Part shown: one piece after another, positions 28,443 through 41,600 of the stretch
Layout: every line of letters begins with the position of its first letter
Numbering within the stretch: position 1 is the first letter of the stretch
Assembly: GCF_009914755.1 (NCBI RefSeq)
Contig: NC_060928.1
Origin: the human T2T-CHM13v2.0 reference genome, Homo sapiens
DNA length: 64,000 bases
Reading direction: 5' to 3' (one strand)
Program-made: the position numbers and the translations under genes
Notes under the pieces: model-generated
Database searches by the model: none
The model's input: only the letters and a program-made list of their open reading frames with translations
What the model was told of the DNA's origin: nothing

Positions 28443-29152
28443 GATTGTGTGAATGAGCATGTGTGTTTTACAAAGTATTGGCAAGATCCCAGAAATTTGC
28501 TTAGACAGGTGCAGACGCACTGTTACTCTTGGTCAATGCAGCCGAGCCAGGTGTGTGTGGATGATTACCCCAGGAGATTGGGCTGAGAAACAGGCTCTCA
28601 GCCTGAACCCAGTGTAGCTAAGTAGATGTTTGAATTATGTGATCTCTAATTACTGGAAAAGATCTGAATGTAAGAAGAACTTAGGACAATTAGCATGATA
28701 TTTTAAAGAGAATTACTGCAATAAATACTAACAGCAGACCTGAGTTAGAAAAGAAGTAAAGAATCAATGTACTGATTTGCTGATAGAAGAGCTTCAATGA
28801 GATCTCAGACTCTGACCCTGCAATGAGCCTTGGCAATGGTTAACATGGAAGTTTGTTGATAATGCAGCAGTAGATTAGTGTGCCACTGCTCCAGGCTGAA
28901 AATCAAAAATGAAAGCTAAAATTTATTTGTACATAAGCTATAACTTCAAACCAACTGATAGAGCAAGTTGTGTGACTCAAAACAGCCTGTACTGAACTAC
29001 GATGGACCAGCTGGAAACTATTAACAGAAGAAAAGGAAAATTTAACTCTTGACAGCAGAGAAGTCAAGAAATTTCAGGACACCAGTGACCAAAGGTTAAG
29101 ATGAAGACTAAATGCAATCAGAAAAAAATATTTAACTCAAAGCTTGGACTAG

Positions 29153-29200
29153 CTAGTTTGTTTAATTGGATTTCTCTAGTTTGTTTAATTGGATTTCTCT
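29153..29200. repeat. Perfect 23-bp tandem duplication
   Basis: CTAGTTTGTTTAATTGGATTTCT twice, followed by CT. Confidence 0.95.
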
Positions 29201-29271
29201 GGTCAAAACTTAAACTATTGGTGCTTTCTAATTGGGTTCATTGTGCATAGACCATTTTGCCCTCAATTTCA

Positions 29272-29430
29272 GCACTGCATAGTAAAAAGACTGGGCTTTG
29301 TATTCAGAAGTCATGGGTTTGTGACATAGTTTACTTACTGGTTATGTGACTAAATCACTTACCTTCTCTGAGCCTCTTTCCTTCTCTATAAAATCATAAT
29401 ACTTCATTAGATTAATGGAATATTAAGGTA
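29272..29430 (+). mobile_element. MIR
   Basis: 'ctgggctttgtattcaga...ttactggttatgtgac..aatcacttaccttctctgagcctc' is the MIR core. Confidence 0.7.
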
Positions 29431-29778
29431 TTTGTGAAAAGGAATCTGAATTATAAAAGGTTAAACACATCTGCTAAAAATATAAACTTCTCCACATTTA
29501 CAAGCAGCACGATAGATTCAGGAAGAAGAGGCAGATGAGAGATAACATCTTATTGTTTCTGTAATTATGGGCTCCAGAAGTTTATTTTTCTAAGCATCGT
29601 ATATGTGTGTGTGTTTCAAAATAAACATAAGGCATCATATATTTTAACATATATAACCATAATGCTTGTATTTAAAAATCATCTTCCAAGAAAGAATAAA
29701 CCAAAATTTGAAATTCAAAAAAAGAAGCAGGTGGAAAGTTTTCAGTAAATAACAGAGATTAACAGAAAAATTTATTTG

Positions 29779-30200
29779 CCCAAATGTCCAACAATGATAG
29801 ACTGGATTAAGAAAATATGGCACATATACACCATGGAATACTATGCAGCCATAAAAAATGATGAGTTCATGTCCTTTGTAGGGACATGGATGAAATTGGA
29901 AATCATCATTCTCAATAAACTATCGCAAGAACAAAAAACCAAACACCGCATATTCTCACTCATAGGTGGGAATTGAACAATGAGATCACATGGACATAGG
30001 AAGGGGAATATCACACTCTGGGGACTGTTGTGGGGTGTGGGGAGGGGGGAGGGATAGCATTGGGAGATATACCTAATGCTAGATGACCAGTTAGTGGGTG
30101 CAGGGAACCAGCATGTCACATGTATACATATGTAACTAACCTGCACAATGTGCACATGTACCCTAAAACTTAAAGTATAATAAAAAAAAGAAAAAAAAAA
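29779..30200 (+). mobile_element. 5'-truncated young L1 (L1PA2-like) 3' end with poly(A)
   Basis: ORF2 C-terminus (…KTKHRIFSLIGGN*) plus a 3'UTR with 'gagatcacatggac' and 'ggaatatcacactct'. It lacks the L1HS ACA/G diagnostics. Confidence 0.92.
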
Positions 30201-31149
30201 GAAATTATATCAGACTTTTCTTAGAAAGAAGTTAGATAGCAGATAGTTGTATTACTGTAAGATAGCAACAGATAAAATATAATCAATTTGATGAAGCATG
30301 ACATTAGCTTGACTATAATATACATGTCACCTAGAATATTTATATTTCTAACAATACATCTAAAATGTATAGTTTCCAGAAACCTTATGTTTCTCTGGAA
30401 CCTTAATAAAATCTTTTGAAATTATGGGCATGGCATGTTGATTTAACTGTGACACTTCTTAACAATATATATCTTTAGGACAATGACTGATTCAACTGTT
30501 TCCCCCCAGTATCAGGTAGTATAATTGGTTCCTTCCATAATCAATGATTAGTAAACATTCGTTGAATCAAGTAGAAAATATTCAGTACTTTCTAGTTAAT
30601 CTGTTGAAGTTCTAAGAAGAGAGAAATTAAATTTCATGCTACTACCAAGAGTTCCTGGAGTTCTATGTAGTTTTAATGAGTTACCAAAAGCAATATAACT
30701 GTATATTTTTTCTCACTCTTTTAATTCAATACTAAAAAAGTAATTTTCATGTAATAAAAAAGGTGTATATAACAGTGAATTTAGTCTATTACTCAATTCT
30801 TATGCAAATGACCTAGTCTCATTGTATATATCCTTCTAATACATTTTCACATTCACTAAGCATTCTTTCATTTAAAAAACAACTGGACATATGTTTTACA
30901 ACATGATAGCTATTGGGGATACAAGAGGAGTAAGCTGTGATAGGCCATTATTAAGAAATTCTGAATAGAAAAGGAAACACTCACTGAAATAATAAAATAT
31001 ATAATATGTTAGGTATAATGATAGAGGTATACACAATGTTCTCTGTGTCATCAAGATGAGAACCTAGTAATAGCAACTAATACCTACCTAATATTAAATG
31101 TGTTCCATGTACTGTTCTAACTTCTTTACAATTATATTCACATTTATGA

Positions 31150-31480
31150 CATACAGTTATTGGGTCAAGAATAGATGCATGTGAAATAAATGAGAATCTC
31201 AGGACTCTTTCTTATAAGGCCAGGAGAGAATAGAATCTCTTTCTTGGCAAATCTTGGTGTACATAGAGTATACCTATTTTGTCATGTAAGAGAAAAAGCC
31301 TGAGAAGAAAGCCTGTCTGAAGCTGATAGAGCTGAGGGAAATTGGAGTGAATTCACAGACCTGAAGCCACTGAAGTAAGCTAACTGTGAATCTTGCTCTA
31401 TTTCTAGACTTTCAATTACTTGAACCAATACATTCCCTTTTTAAGTGAGATTGAGCGAGGTTTTCTAAGACTTGTTACTT
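31150..31480 (+). mobile_element. Old MLT1 (I/J/K-like) LTR relic
   Basis: 'ctagactttcaattacttgaaccaatacattccctttttaag...ggttttct' resembles the 3' part of an MLT1 LTR. Confidence 0.5.
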
Positions 31481-31905
31481 GAGTGGAAAAGGACAATTGG
31501 TTTAAATACCATGATATTTTCATGTGATTTTCAAAGCCCTCCCAACTTTACACATTTCTCCTTCCCCTAATAAATTCCAACCCACCTACTAAGATTGAAC
31601 TCAACTCTAATAACCTATATTAAGCCTTTCATTATCTCTCCAGTCAGAAGTAATTAATTACCTCTTTTCCTTCCATTGTATCTAGTGGCACTGATTTAAC
31701 TGTCTTGTATTTTAGTTAGCTGTTTTTCATAAGAATTCCCTTACTGGCTTTGTGATTAGAAAGATGAGGTTCAAATGTCAATTTCTCCAGTTATTATTTG
31801 GAAGTTCATTAAACTTCTTTGACTTAGAACTTCTTCATATCTGTAAAATAGTGATAATAAAAATTAAATTATAAGATTAAATAGGATGAAATTAGATAAC
31901 ACATA

Positions 31906-32543
31906 TGTTATGGATTGAATTGTGTCTCCCACAAAAATATATATTAAAATTCTAACTCCCAATAGCTCAAAATGTGACTTTATTTGGAAGTGGAGTCATT
32001 GAAGATGTAATTGGTTAAGAAGATATCATACTGGAGTAGAGTGGGCCTCTAGTCAAATATGATTGGTTTCATTATAAGGTGACAGACATGTGAGGAAAGA
32101 GAGACACGCAAGGAGAACACCATGTGACAACGGAGGCATAAATTGGAGTTATGCAGTTGCGAGCCAAAGATCAGCAGAGATTGCCTGCAAACTACCAGAA
32201 GATAGGATGAGACAAGTAAGGATTTCAGAGGGAGTATGGCCTTTGTAATGTGACAGGAAATTGGTCCCGATCCAGACCCAGAGAGAGAGTTATTGGATTT
32301 CACACAAGAAAGAATTCAGGGCGAGTCTGCAGTGCAAAGTAAACGTAAGTTTATTAAAAAAAGTAAAGTAGTGAAATTACAGCTACTCTATAGAGAGCGT
32401 AGGGTGTTCCCAAGAGTAAGAAGACCCACTACCACCTGGATTTTCTACTTTTAGACTTCAGAACTATGAGACAATAAATTTCTGTTATTTTTAGCCACCC
32501 AATCTGTGGTACTTTGTTAAGATAGCCCTAAGAAACGAATACA
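31906..32543 (+). mobile_element. MLT1B/C solo LTR interrupted by an ERV1 LTR fragment
   Basis: Starts TGTTATGGATTGAATTGTGTC and ends 'gccctaagaaacgaataca'. Contains 'caataaatttctgtt'. Sits within a MIR. Confidence 0.8.
32249..32425 (-). mobile_element. ERV1 LTR fragment (LTR19-like)
   Basis: 'tgtgacaggaaattggtcccgatccagaccc...caagaaagaattcagggcgagtc..agtttatta' matches the reverse 3' end of LTR19/MER4-group LTRs as I recall them. Confidence 0.6.
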
Positions 32544-33319
32544 GCATGGAACATACTGCTTATTGTTGAGCAAAACGTTAAACAACAGTGAGTTTATCTG
32601 AAACTTACTAGGTAGGCAATAAATACCAGCTAAATTTTAAAAGATTTTATTGATCTCTATATTGTTCTCAGTACCTAACACCCACACATAAACACACATG
32701 CGTACACACACATTTATTATATAGTATTTATGTGTATACTGTATTCATATAAATATACACTAAATATACTGTATATATTTGTGTAACATGTATTTATTTT
32801 CTTATTTAACTGTATAACAGTTTTTCAATGTATATTAAGATCAACATTGTCCTTTCAGGTCAAGGCTGCATGAACGTCTCTCCCCACCTCTTCTCTTTCT
32901 GATACATTGATACTCATGGTCTACCAGTCTTCCATAAGAATAGCAACATGACAGCAATGACATCTATTTCTTCATGACTCTACATCCGTTTTATCTTGCC
33001 ACTTGTAGAAGAAAGTTGGCATAATTGAACATTACCAGGATTTACTTTATAAATGGGCCAGCAGCTAACAAATTTAAAAAGACAAATTAAAACTTTAAGT
33101 TAGGGCAGTCAGTTTAAGTGTCACAGGACTCAATGTTCTCATGGCCTAACAGATTGTAATTATTTCATTTTGTTAATTGTTGGAAGTGTATGAATTGTGG
33201 AAGAACATTTTAAACTGTATTAAATCATATTTAAAGTGTACTGTGCATTTAGCCTGCATATAGTATAATTTATTTTGAATGTCCAGTATTAAAGAAAATC
33301 TTTTAAAGAAGACTGATAA

Positions 33320-33573
33320 TAGAACTATGTACTTCCTTTGAACTCAGGCCCAGATTCATACTGGACCATACACCACTAAATTTCATGAGTCTCAAGCCTT
33401 TGGACTCAAACTAAAACTATACCATTGGCTCTCTTGGGTCTCCAGCTTTCCAACTGCAGAACATGGGAGTTCTGAGCCTCCATAACCACATAATCCAACC
33501 CCTTATAGTAAATATCTTTGTATATATGTATCCTATTGGTTTTGTTTCTCTGGGAAACCCAAACTTACATACA
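33320..33573 (+). mobile_element. MLT2 (ERVL) LTR 3' fragment
   Basis: 'gggtctccagc...gcctccataaccac...atcctattggttttgtttctctgggaaaccc' is a typical MLT2 end. Confidence 0.75.
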
Positions 33574-36500
33574 CTATATGAATATTATTTATGAAATTCC
33601 TCTCTTGCCTCAGTTTTTTCAAATGGAAAGCTTTTGATCTGAATTACTTAAGCATGTGAAGCTGTATCCACTAGTGAATTCAGGTATATATTCTGGATAT
33701 GAGGAAATGTGAATTCTGAGTACTCTATAAATTCTGGCACCTGAAGTTATATAGATCATATACACTGGAGTCCTAAATTGTGCACCAAACCATTTATATA
33801 TGGCTGTCTCAAGCTGTAACCACTGATATAACAAACCATATATTGCGCAGCAGCAACTGGAGCCTTGAACACTGTATGCATAGTTTAAAGGGGTACATTT
33901 TGCCTGCTTTGAAGTAATGTCTGAAGTTGTATACACTGAAAGCATGTAATCTGAAATCTTGCACGTTGAACACATTGCCGTCTCAGGCTCTACCTTGAAA
34001 TATTATTAGCCTTGTTTATTTTTGCTTTTTTTAAACACTAGCATCTAAAGCTATGTAGACAGAGCTTTCAATCTTTATTAATTTTTTTCCCTTTCATCCA
34101 GAGGCATAGTTTTAAGGGCCTATATTTAGGCATACTCACATGTGTAGGTCAACAGTCTGGGTTTTATTTCATTACTGACTTTTAAACATCTGCAATTTTC
34201 CATGGCTTATTAGCTTAGTTGGGTAGTGTCTGATGTTAACATGATCAACGTTGTGCGTTCCATGTCACTATGAAAATGATTTCTGGACCTTCTTCCTTGT
34301 GTTTCTTCCTTCCTTTCTCTCATAATTGTATCTACTCAGACAAGTTTTCTCATTAGTATATGCCCAGGTACTAAAAAGGAATCTGGCAAAAAATATGACT
34401 ATGTATGCAGAAATTAACAGAACTACTGCTAAAAATCTATAAAGAGTAATCAAATTTCCTATTTCAGTTCAGTTCAGAAAGCCTACAATGAGAACTGGGT
34501 GATGTGCTATCAAAGGACACAAAAATTAATCGTGTCCAAGTTATCCAAAATTTGCTTGTCAGACAAACAACTATAAAGAAGGCCATAAGACCAGTTAGAC
34601 TATTACAAGTACTATAGTGACTTATTAAAGCCAGTTGCTTAAGATCGTTTAGATTAAAGCTATAAATATTTTGGGGGATGAGTGAAGTAGCACGTAGATA
34701 AGGGCCCTTTGACAGGTCTTTGAGGATGCTCTGGACCTGGATAAGAAGTGGTATATCAGTCAAAGCTCTTGGTCACAAGCCAAATTACCTCCTAGAGTTT
34801 ACAAATTTAGCAAGTCTGGATAGGATGTACTTATACTAATTAATTAGTCAGTCTATTTGTCAATTAATTAATTATTTATTACTTTTGCTAGTCTAGCAAT
34901 CTTAGAAGGGGTATTTAGATGTAGGACAGGGAAAACTATGGCAAATGACCATTGACACACAAAATATTAAGCCATAGGCTTTAAATAACTTTAAAAATGA
35001 GACTATCAATATAGTTTTCATAAAATTCAAATTTCAGCGAAATCTCATGTATAACTTTAAAAAGAATCATAAGATAATAACTTGTATATTTATGTGACCC
35101 TAGAGTTTTCTGCTCATTTGTATATTTAAAGATAAACTACATAGGGTTTTCTAAAAATAGGGTTCTCTAGTCTTCAAAATGAAAGCGCAAGAAATACTAA
35201 GTTTCTAAGTTTAGTACTGTTTTTCTGAAACTGTATGGCACACTAAAAAGATCTGTGTGTGAAGTTCTACAAACACTCACTACCCTACAAGAAATAACTG
35301 ACATCGAATCTGAAGAACTTATATTCACAGTTTCACAAATCATTTAAGAATAGTCCTTGGGGAAATACTAGATATTTGTTGAATAATTCTGATAACTTGA
35401 ATTTCAATCAGATATCAATTTCCTGCCAAAGAATTGTCTCTATTATCTAATATAGTTACTTCCCTGGCAAAATCTATTAGATTTAAAAGGTCAAAATTTT
35501 GGATGCTTCTGCTTTTATTTAGTAAGTATTTAAATGGGCTGCTATCTATTGGAACTTATTTTAAAAGGGTACATAGACATTTTATTCCTACAGCTATTAG
35601 AGTTACTTTCATAAACATCAGTTTATTTCCTCATAGGGGACATTTGAACTTCTGGATTATAGCACTGTTATACTGACCAGCCAACCTCTGAAGAACTGCT
35701 CTTGAAATGTCCCCCAAATAGTGTGTGGGGAAAAAACAATCAATCCAAAAACATCTTTATTAAGGAATTCTGTAGTAAGAAATTACTCTTTTGAGTATTA
35801 CACATTTCACCTCTCAAATAATTAACACCACGTATTTTCCTAAAAAGAACAGTACCCTGGACTTTATTATATCCCATGATTTAGGATTGGAATTTGTGAT
35901 AACAGATATTAAGTCATAGAAACAGTATCTGTAGATAGAAAAGAATAGGTATGTGAAATGAAAATGTGTAAAGAACAAGCATGATATCCACATAGAGGAA
36001 GTCACAGAGAAAATGAATCAAGATAACAGTATTATTGTGAGGCACAGAGATACAAGAAAGGCCTCATCAGCAAATATAATCTGTAAAGGTTAAGAATTTT
36101 AATTTTCTTCAACAGTAAATAGCACTGTCACATTCCAGGAAACAGTGAATGACCTTGGTAAGCATGCAGTGTCCATGTGAAAAGAAGGAAGTAGTGAAAT
36201 TAGTTGTGAGGTGAAGCTGTGAGGGTAGACAAACAGGTGGATAAAAAATTTTGAGCACAACCTATATTTATATAATATGATAAAAATGAAGAGTCATTAT
36301 AAATGCTTTGCAAAGACTGGCCTGATAAAATGAAGATTGTTCTAATACCTGAGCAGAAGTTAGATTAAACTAGAATTAGCTAATTTTTCAGTTTGGTTGG
36401 GAGAGGCCTATAGTTGACTTTTTAAATGAAAGATTTGGGAGAATGAATAGTTAATATTTTAGCATACATTACTTCTGAGCTGAACCTTAAGAAAAAAACA

Positions 36501-37847
36501 GAATAGCAGTGTCAAGAGGTTACAGTATCTCTGGAATACATTTAGGTTGCTATTTCTTCCAGTAACGTCCTCAGCTACAGTCCACCCAATCAACCCTCAG
36601 AGTGTTGTCCATAGAACTACAGACAAGTACTTTGGGAAACTATTAATAATGACCATGGAAGCAGGCAGGACTCATTTAAGAGGCAAAATCAACATAATTT
36701 GGTAAATTAGAGAAAAATAAGTAAATTAGTAAGCATAGAAGATGAGAGTGTGGTGGTGAGATTTATGTTACTGTAGACAATATTGAGAAAATAGTTGTTT
36801 TGTATATACAAATGATGAGTTTATAGTCACCATATACTTCAAAGTACTTATTTTATATGTTTCCTAAGTACACATTTTGCTATTGCTATTGATTCATTGT
36901 TCTATTTGATTTTTTTGCTATGATTTCTAATGACAGTTGGAAATAAAGTGCTGTGCATACTTGAAAATGTGTGGGATTACAAAACAGTCAAGGACCCCGG
37001 GTCCGGTTACAGCTCCCAAATTAATCCTCTGAAACTTTAGCCAAGGCACTCTCCCTCTCTTTGCCCAGATTTGCCATTTATTGAAATTAGGTATAACATT
37101 TGGTGGTCACTTAACACATACAAATGAGTAATGGCACTTTTGAGCCTGACAAGATTGTAAGCAGATTTTTACTCTATGGGTTTATATTTGTGCTATATTT
37201 CCATTAAAGCTCCCTTTCCTCAGTATCCTTCCAAGTTTTGCTCATGTGAGCTTCTCAGTGAGGACTTCCCTGAGCAACTCTGCTGAAAATTTGTTCCTAC
37301 TCCTCTCCACCCTCATCCTTCCTCATGCTTGCCTTTTCTCCACACTTCTTACACATGATGTAACTTACATACATACTTTATATGTTTGTACAACACAGAA
37401 TATTACATGAATGATATACCTGGAATTATGCAAAAGAAATGCAGTGTCATGATTTGAAGGTTAGCCACAATGACAAATTGAACTCAGATTAAAAATACTT
37501 TTATAGAGTGTATTGTTAAACCAGCAATATAAAAGATAGCCATATGCAGGGGAATAAGTCATTGACTTCTTACCTCCTTCCAGTGACATAAATGGAATTC
37601 AGTTCATCTTGGTGGCATATAAAGAATAAGAAATCTAAAAGTCAGAATAGCCGTGAACTGGGGCTTGTCTATATACAGAAGTGATCCTGAAGGACTTCTC
37701 ATAAAAAAGACATGAACTAACTTAGAAAAAAAAAAAGGATGTAAGATATTTTGAAAAGAGATAGTATTGGACCTGCATATAACCTGACACCTATTAAAAT
37801 ATTCATGGAATATTAAAAAGACAAAAACTTTCACAAACTCATAAATG

Positions 37848-38081
37848 TAAGAGTTTTCAACCTTAGCACTACTGACATTTGGGCTGGAAAATTATTTGTG
37901 GTGAGATGCCATCTGTTCATTCTAGGATGTTTGGCAGCATCCCTAGTCTTTACCCAGTAGATGTCAGTAACACTCTCCCTCCACCATTCTCTGCACAGAA
38001 GTCACATTAACCAATAGTGTCTTCAGGCATTCCCAAATATCTCCTGGGAAGCAAAAAATCACCTCTGGTTGAGAACCCTTG
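37848..38081. mobile_element. MER20 (hAT-Charlie)
   Basis: 'tcaaccttagcactactgacatttggg...gcagcatccct...tacccagtagatgtcagta...ctctggttgagaaccc'. Confidence 0.85.
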
Positions 38082-38539
38082 CCCCATAGCCATAAAAGCA
38101 AACAGAGAGTTCCTTATAACAAGCAGATGCAAGCAAAGTAAAAATCTACAAAGCATGAAAAAGGGAAGTAAATCTGCAACACTTGGATGGAAATACCGGT
38201 CTGAAATGGTAATAAGCATTACAGCTTTAAATTTTTCTAGTAAATATAAATTAAATATAACATTTACCTTTAAGAGAGAAAGAAGATACCAAGAAAGTAA
38301 TAGCAACTAATATTATAATAACATTAATATCAAATACATAATTAAAAGAAATACTACTCAGTGGGATGAGTAAGCTAATCTTACAATAAAAAAAGTTAAC
38401 TTCACAAGCCCTTGTACATGTAGGAATGTGGCATAAATCAAAACATTTTAAAAATATGAGAAGACATTGGCAAATATAGATGAAAAAGGGAGATTTAACA
38501 CATGGTACTCTGTATCTGATAGAAAAATATTACAACTTG

Positions 38540-38652
38540 CGGCTGAGGCAGGGGAATCGCTTTAACCCAGGAGGCAGAGGTTGCAGTGAGCCCAGACTGT
38601 ACCACTGCACTCCAGTGTGGGTGACAGAGTAAGACTCTGTCTCAAAATAAAA
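38540..38652 (+). mobile_element. 5'-truncated AluS (part of right arm)
   Basis: 19-bp TSD agaaaaatattacaacttg (38521-38539) / agaaaaatattaaaacttg (38653-38671). Confidence 0.92.
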
Positions 38653-41600
38653 AGAAAAATATTAAAACTTGTTATTAACAGAAACCATAGAAGAATGAAA
38701 GTTGAATTGATATTTTAAAACTTTTTCTACAAATAAAGATTGCAAGATTTTTCAATGCTCCAAATATTAAATAATTTACCAAAATTGACTTAAAGTTGGA
38801 GAAAAAAGAAATCTAAAATAAATGCGTGTTTGTGCTCACACAATTATATGTGTACATTACAACCATAAAGATCACAATCTTTAAAAACACCAAGTAAACT
38901 TAAAACGTAATAGCAAAGACAGAAATAATGTATCAAAACAGAGAAGACACAAACAAGACTCCAACTATTTTGAAATTTCAGCAAGACAAAACATAATACC
39001 AAATGAAAAGTCTGCAAAACAAATAATAGTGAAAGTGACTATTGTTTAACATACCTTCACTGCCTATATATCACATGCTAAGTATTACATATAAATTTAT
39101 TTGATCTGCAAAATCACCAAGTGAAGTCAGGTCTCTCAATGCTGCCATATTACAGAAGGCTGACATTTACCAAAATGGGGAAATAAAAAAACAGCACATT
39201 TGGTCTGTGTGTGGTTGGGGGAATGGATGAGTTCAGGGAGAAAGAATCAGAGATTTCTCTGAGATGTGCTACATTTAAAGTACCGGTGCATTTGCACCGG
39301 TTTCTCCTTTATCCTGGAGAACTTTTCTCCCAGATTTGCATATTACTCACATCCATATTTTAGTCACCTCCTCATAGGGGCTGTACTGAACACCTTATTA
39401 AAAACAGCACCTCTTGCCACCCTCTTACATGACTTCATTTTTCTGTATGTGTATAGTGTTCTAAGCAATTGAGGCAGGGCGTATATCTGATCCATCTTTT
39501 ATGCCCAGCACCTATTATAGTGTATAAATATTACTGAGTAAATATTATTATTTACCTAATTAATTAATGAATAGAGGATGTGAAAGAACATTCAAGAAGA
39601 GAATACTGGTAAAATCAGGAAATCAAATTGTGGATGTTAGTGCTGCCTGTGATTCCACAATCCCAGACATGATCTAGCTTTCTGAGGTGAGTGGCTCGGG
39701 GCCATGCATTTGGTGATTTTATGTGGATAATTAGAGCCAAGAGAGGGTCGAGGGAGAAGTCAGAGTTTTAGCAAACATCATGCAACAATTAGCCAACCCC
39801 AAAAAAGTAGGGATTTCAAGTTCTATTTGTTGGACACAAATTTTGGTCTCAATGCTGTACTAACTGAAAAGATTTTTAATGTGATATGGTATAAGATTAT
39901 GATTCTTCATAATCTGCTGCTTCCAGAAAGCTGTAACATTCAACACTAAAAATAATTTTTTTCCGTAGCAAAAAAAAAAAGGTTGATATCCATCTAAGGA
40001 AAAAATCTGTTATTGTTTTAACTTATCTTAAATTATATGTATTTTTTGCAGCAAGGACACAATGGCTTTTAGAGATGTGACTTAAATCCAGCAGCAGAAA
40101 ACATCCTTTGACTCTGAAGCTCACTGACTTTCTTATTATTTCCTCTTATTAATATATCATTCACTGTTCTCCATTTTTAGCCTTCTGGTTGTTTTCCGCA
40201 GATGAGTTCTATTTTAATTCTTTTTACTCAAATCAGCTCATGCCTTAATGAAACCCAGAGGAATATTTAGTCCATTGTTGCTGTATAGAACAGTGATCTG
40301 GTTAACTTTGAATCAGATTAAATGTTATTATTTAATCCCAAAGAGTAGAAATTTAACTCTTTGTTACTACTACATTATATATTACTATATATTAATGACA
40401 CCTGATACTGATACAATTACCTTAATAGGAATTTCATGCAGAAGTTTTCATTTTTAAATTTGTTCTTTTACCCTTGTTACACGGAATGATTGGTCTTTGC
40501 TCTTCTCATGAAAAGTTTTCTTCCATGTGTTTCCTCAGTATTTATTTGAGTGCTTTATTTGTTTCCAGAACATATTTATTGTTGCTTCCTGATTTTATGT
40601 GTCTTCTCCTTTCTTATATTTTGTTTTATGGAATTTATATTTAAAACATAATAAATCTTATCTATTATGTCTCTGGCATATAATACATTGTTTTGTTAAT
40701 ATTATTGCTGGAAAATATTAAGTCATAATGTGACAAAGATGGCTGATATAAGCATTAGGAATCCTTCACTTAAAAACTATTTCTAATTTGTATTTACTGC
40801 TATGATATGAATCTGCAAGATTATCTCAATGTCTGCATTTTACATTAAAAAAAGAGACTCAAACAAGAAATTATATATTTTAAGCCAAATAGTCTCAGAA
40901 TATGGATTTGAATGTCATTTTATTTTTGATATGATTCTCTTATCCTACCTATTGCCTTTTATTCTATACCACCAGATCAAAACAAACCATTCATCACCAC
41001 CATCAAATCACACCTACATATATGTATACACATATTCACTAAGAATGAGCTACCCCTCATCTTCTGGCTGTAACTTTCAATCAAGACTCGATAATGAGAG
41101 ATGCTTGGAAATTTTATTCTCTTTTCACTTGGACCTCAGTATAGCTAAATAATTTCTATGGTGGGATGCATATGTTTGAAATTTGTTCAACTCTTTTAGC
41201 TGGAATAAAATTGCTTCAGAATCTGTTAGCCAAAATAATCTTTCAGTAAAATAAACATAGTGAAGAATGAAAGGAAAAATTTCATTATAATTGGAAGTGG
41301 TGACAAGAACTGAAAGACCTATATATATGATTTTCATTTTCTTCATATGTTCATACGTAGGAGTCAAAAGCAAGAACTTCAACAGGATGCTCTCAAATAC
41401 TTTAAGTGTCCCTGAATGTTGCATTCCATAGTTGTTCCCTGGGGAGCTAATGAACTTATTACCCCCCGGGACCTCCTTTACTCAAAATATTTCCTAGGGA
41501 TTTTGGATATAGCTTGGTCCTTGGACTCAAAAGTGACTTCTGAACACTCATGATGTGACAGTGACATATTTAACCTTACTGAGCTCCAGTTTTTTCATAT

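Noticed and set aside
28581-28603. 8-bp stem GGCTGAGA/TCTCAGCC
   Set aside because: A stem of this length is expected by chance in 64 kb.
33619-33975. 118-aa minus-strand ORF
   Set aside because: Non-ATG start, no recognisable protein family and no supporting exon structure.
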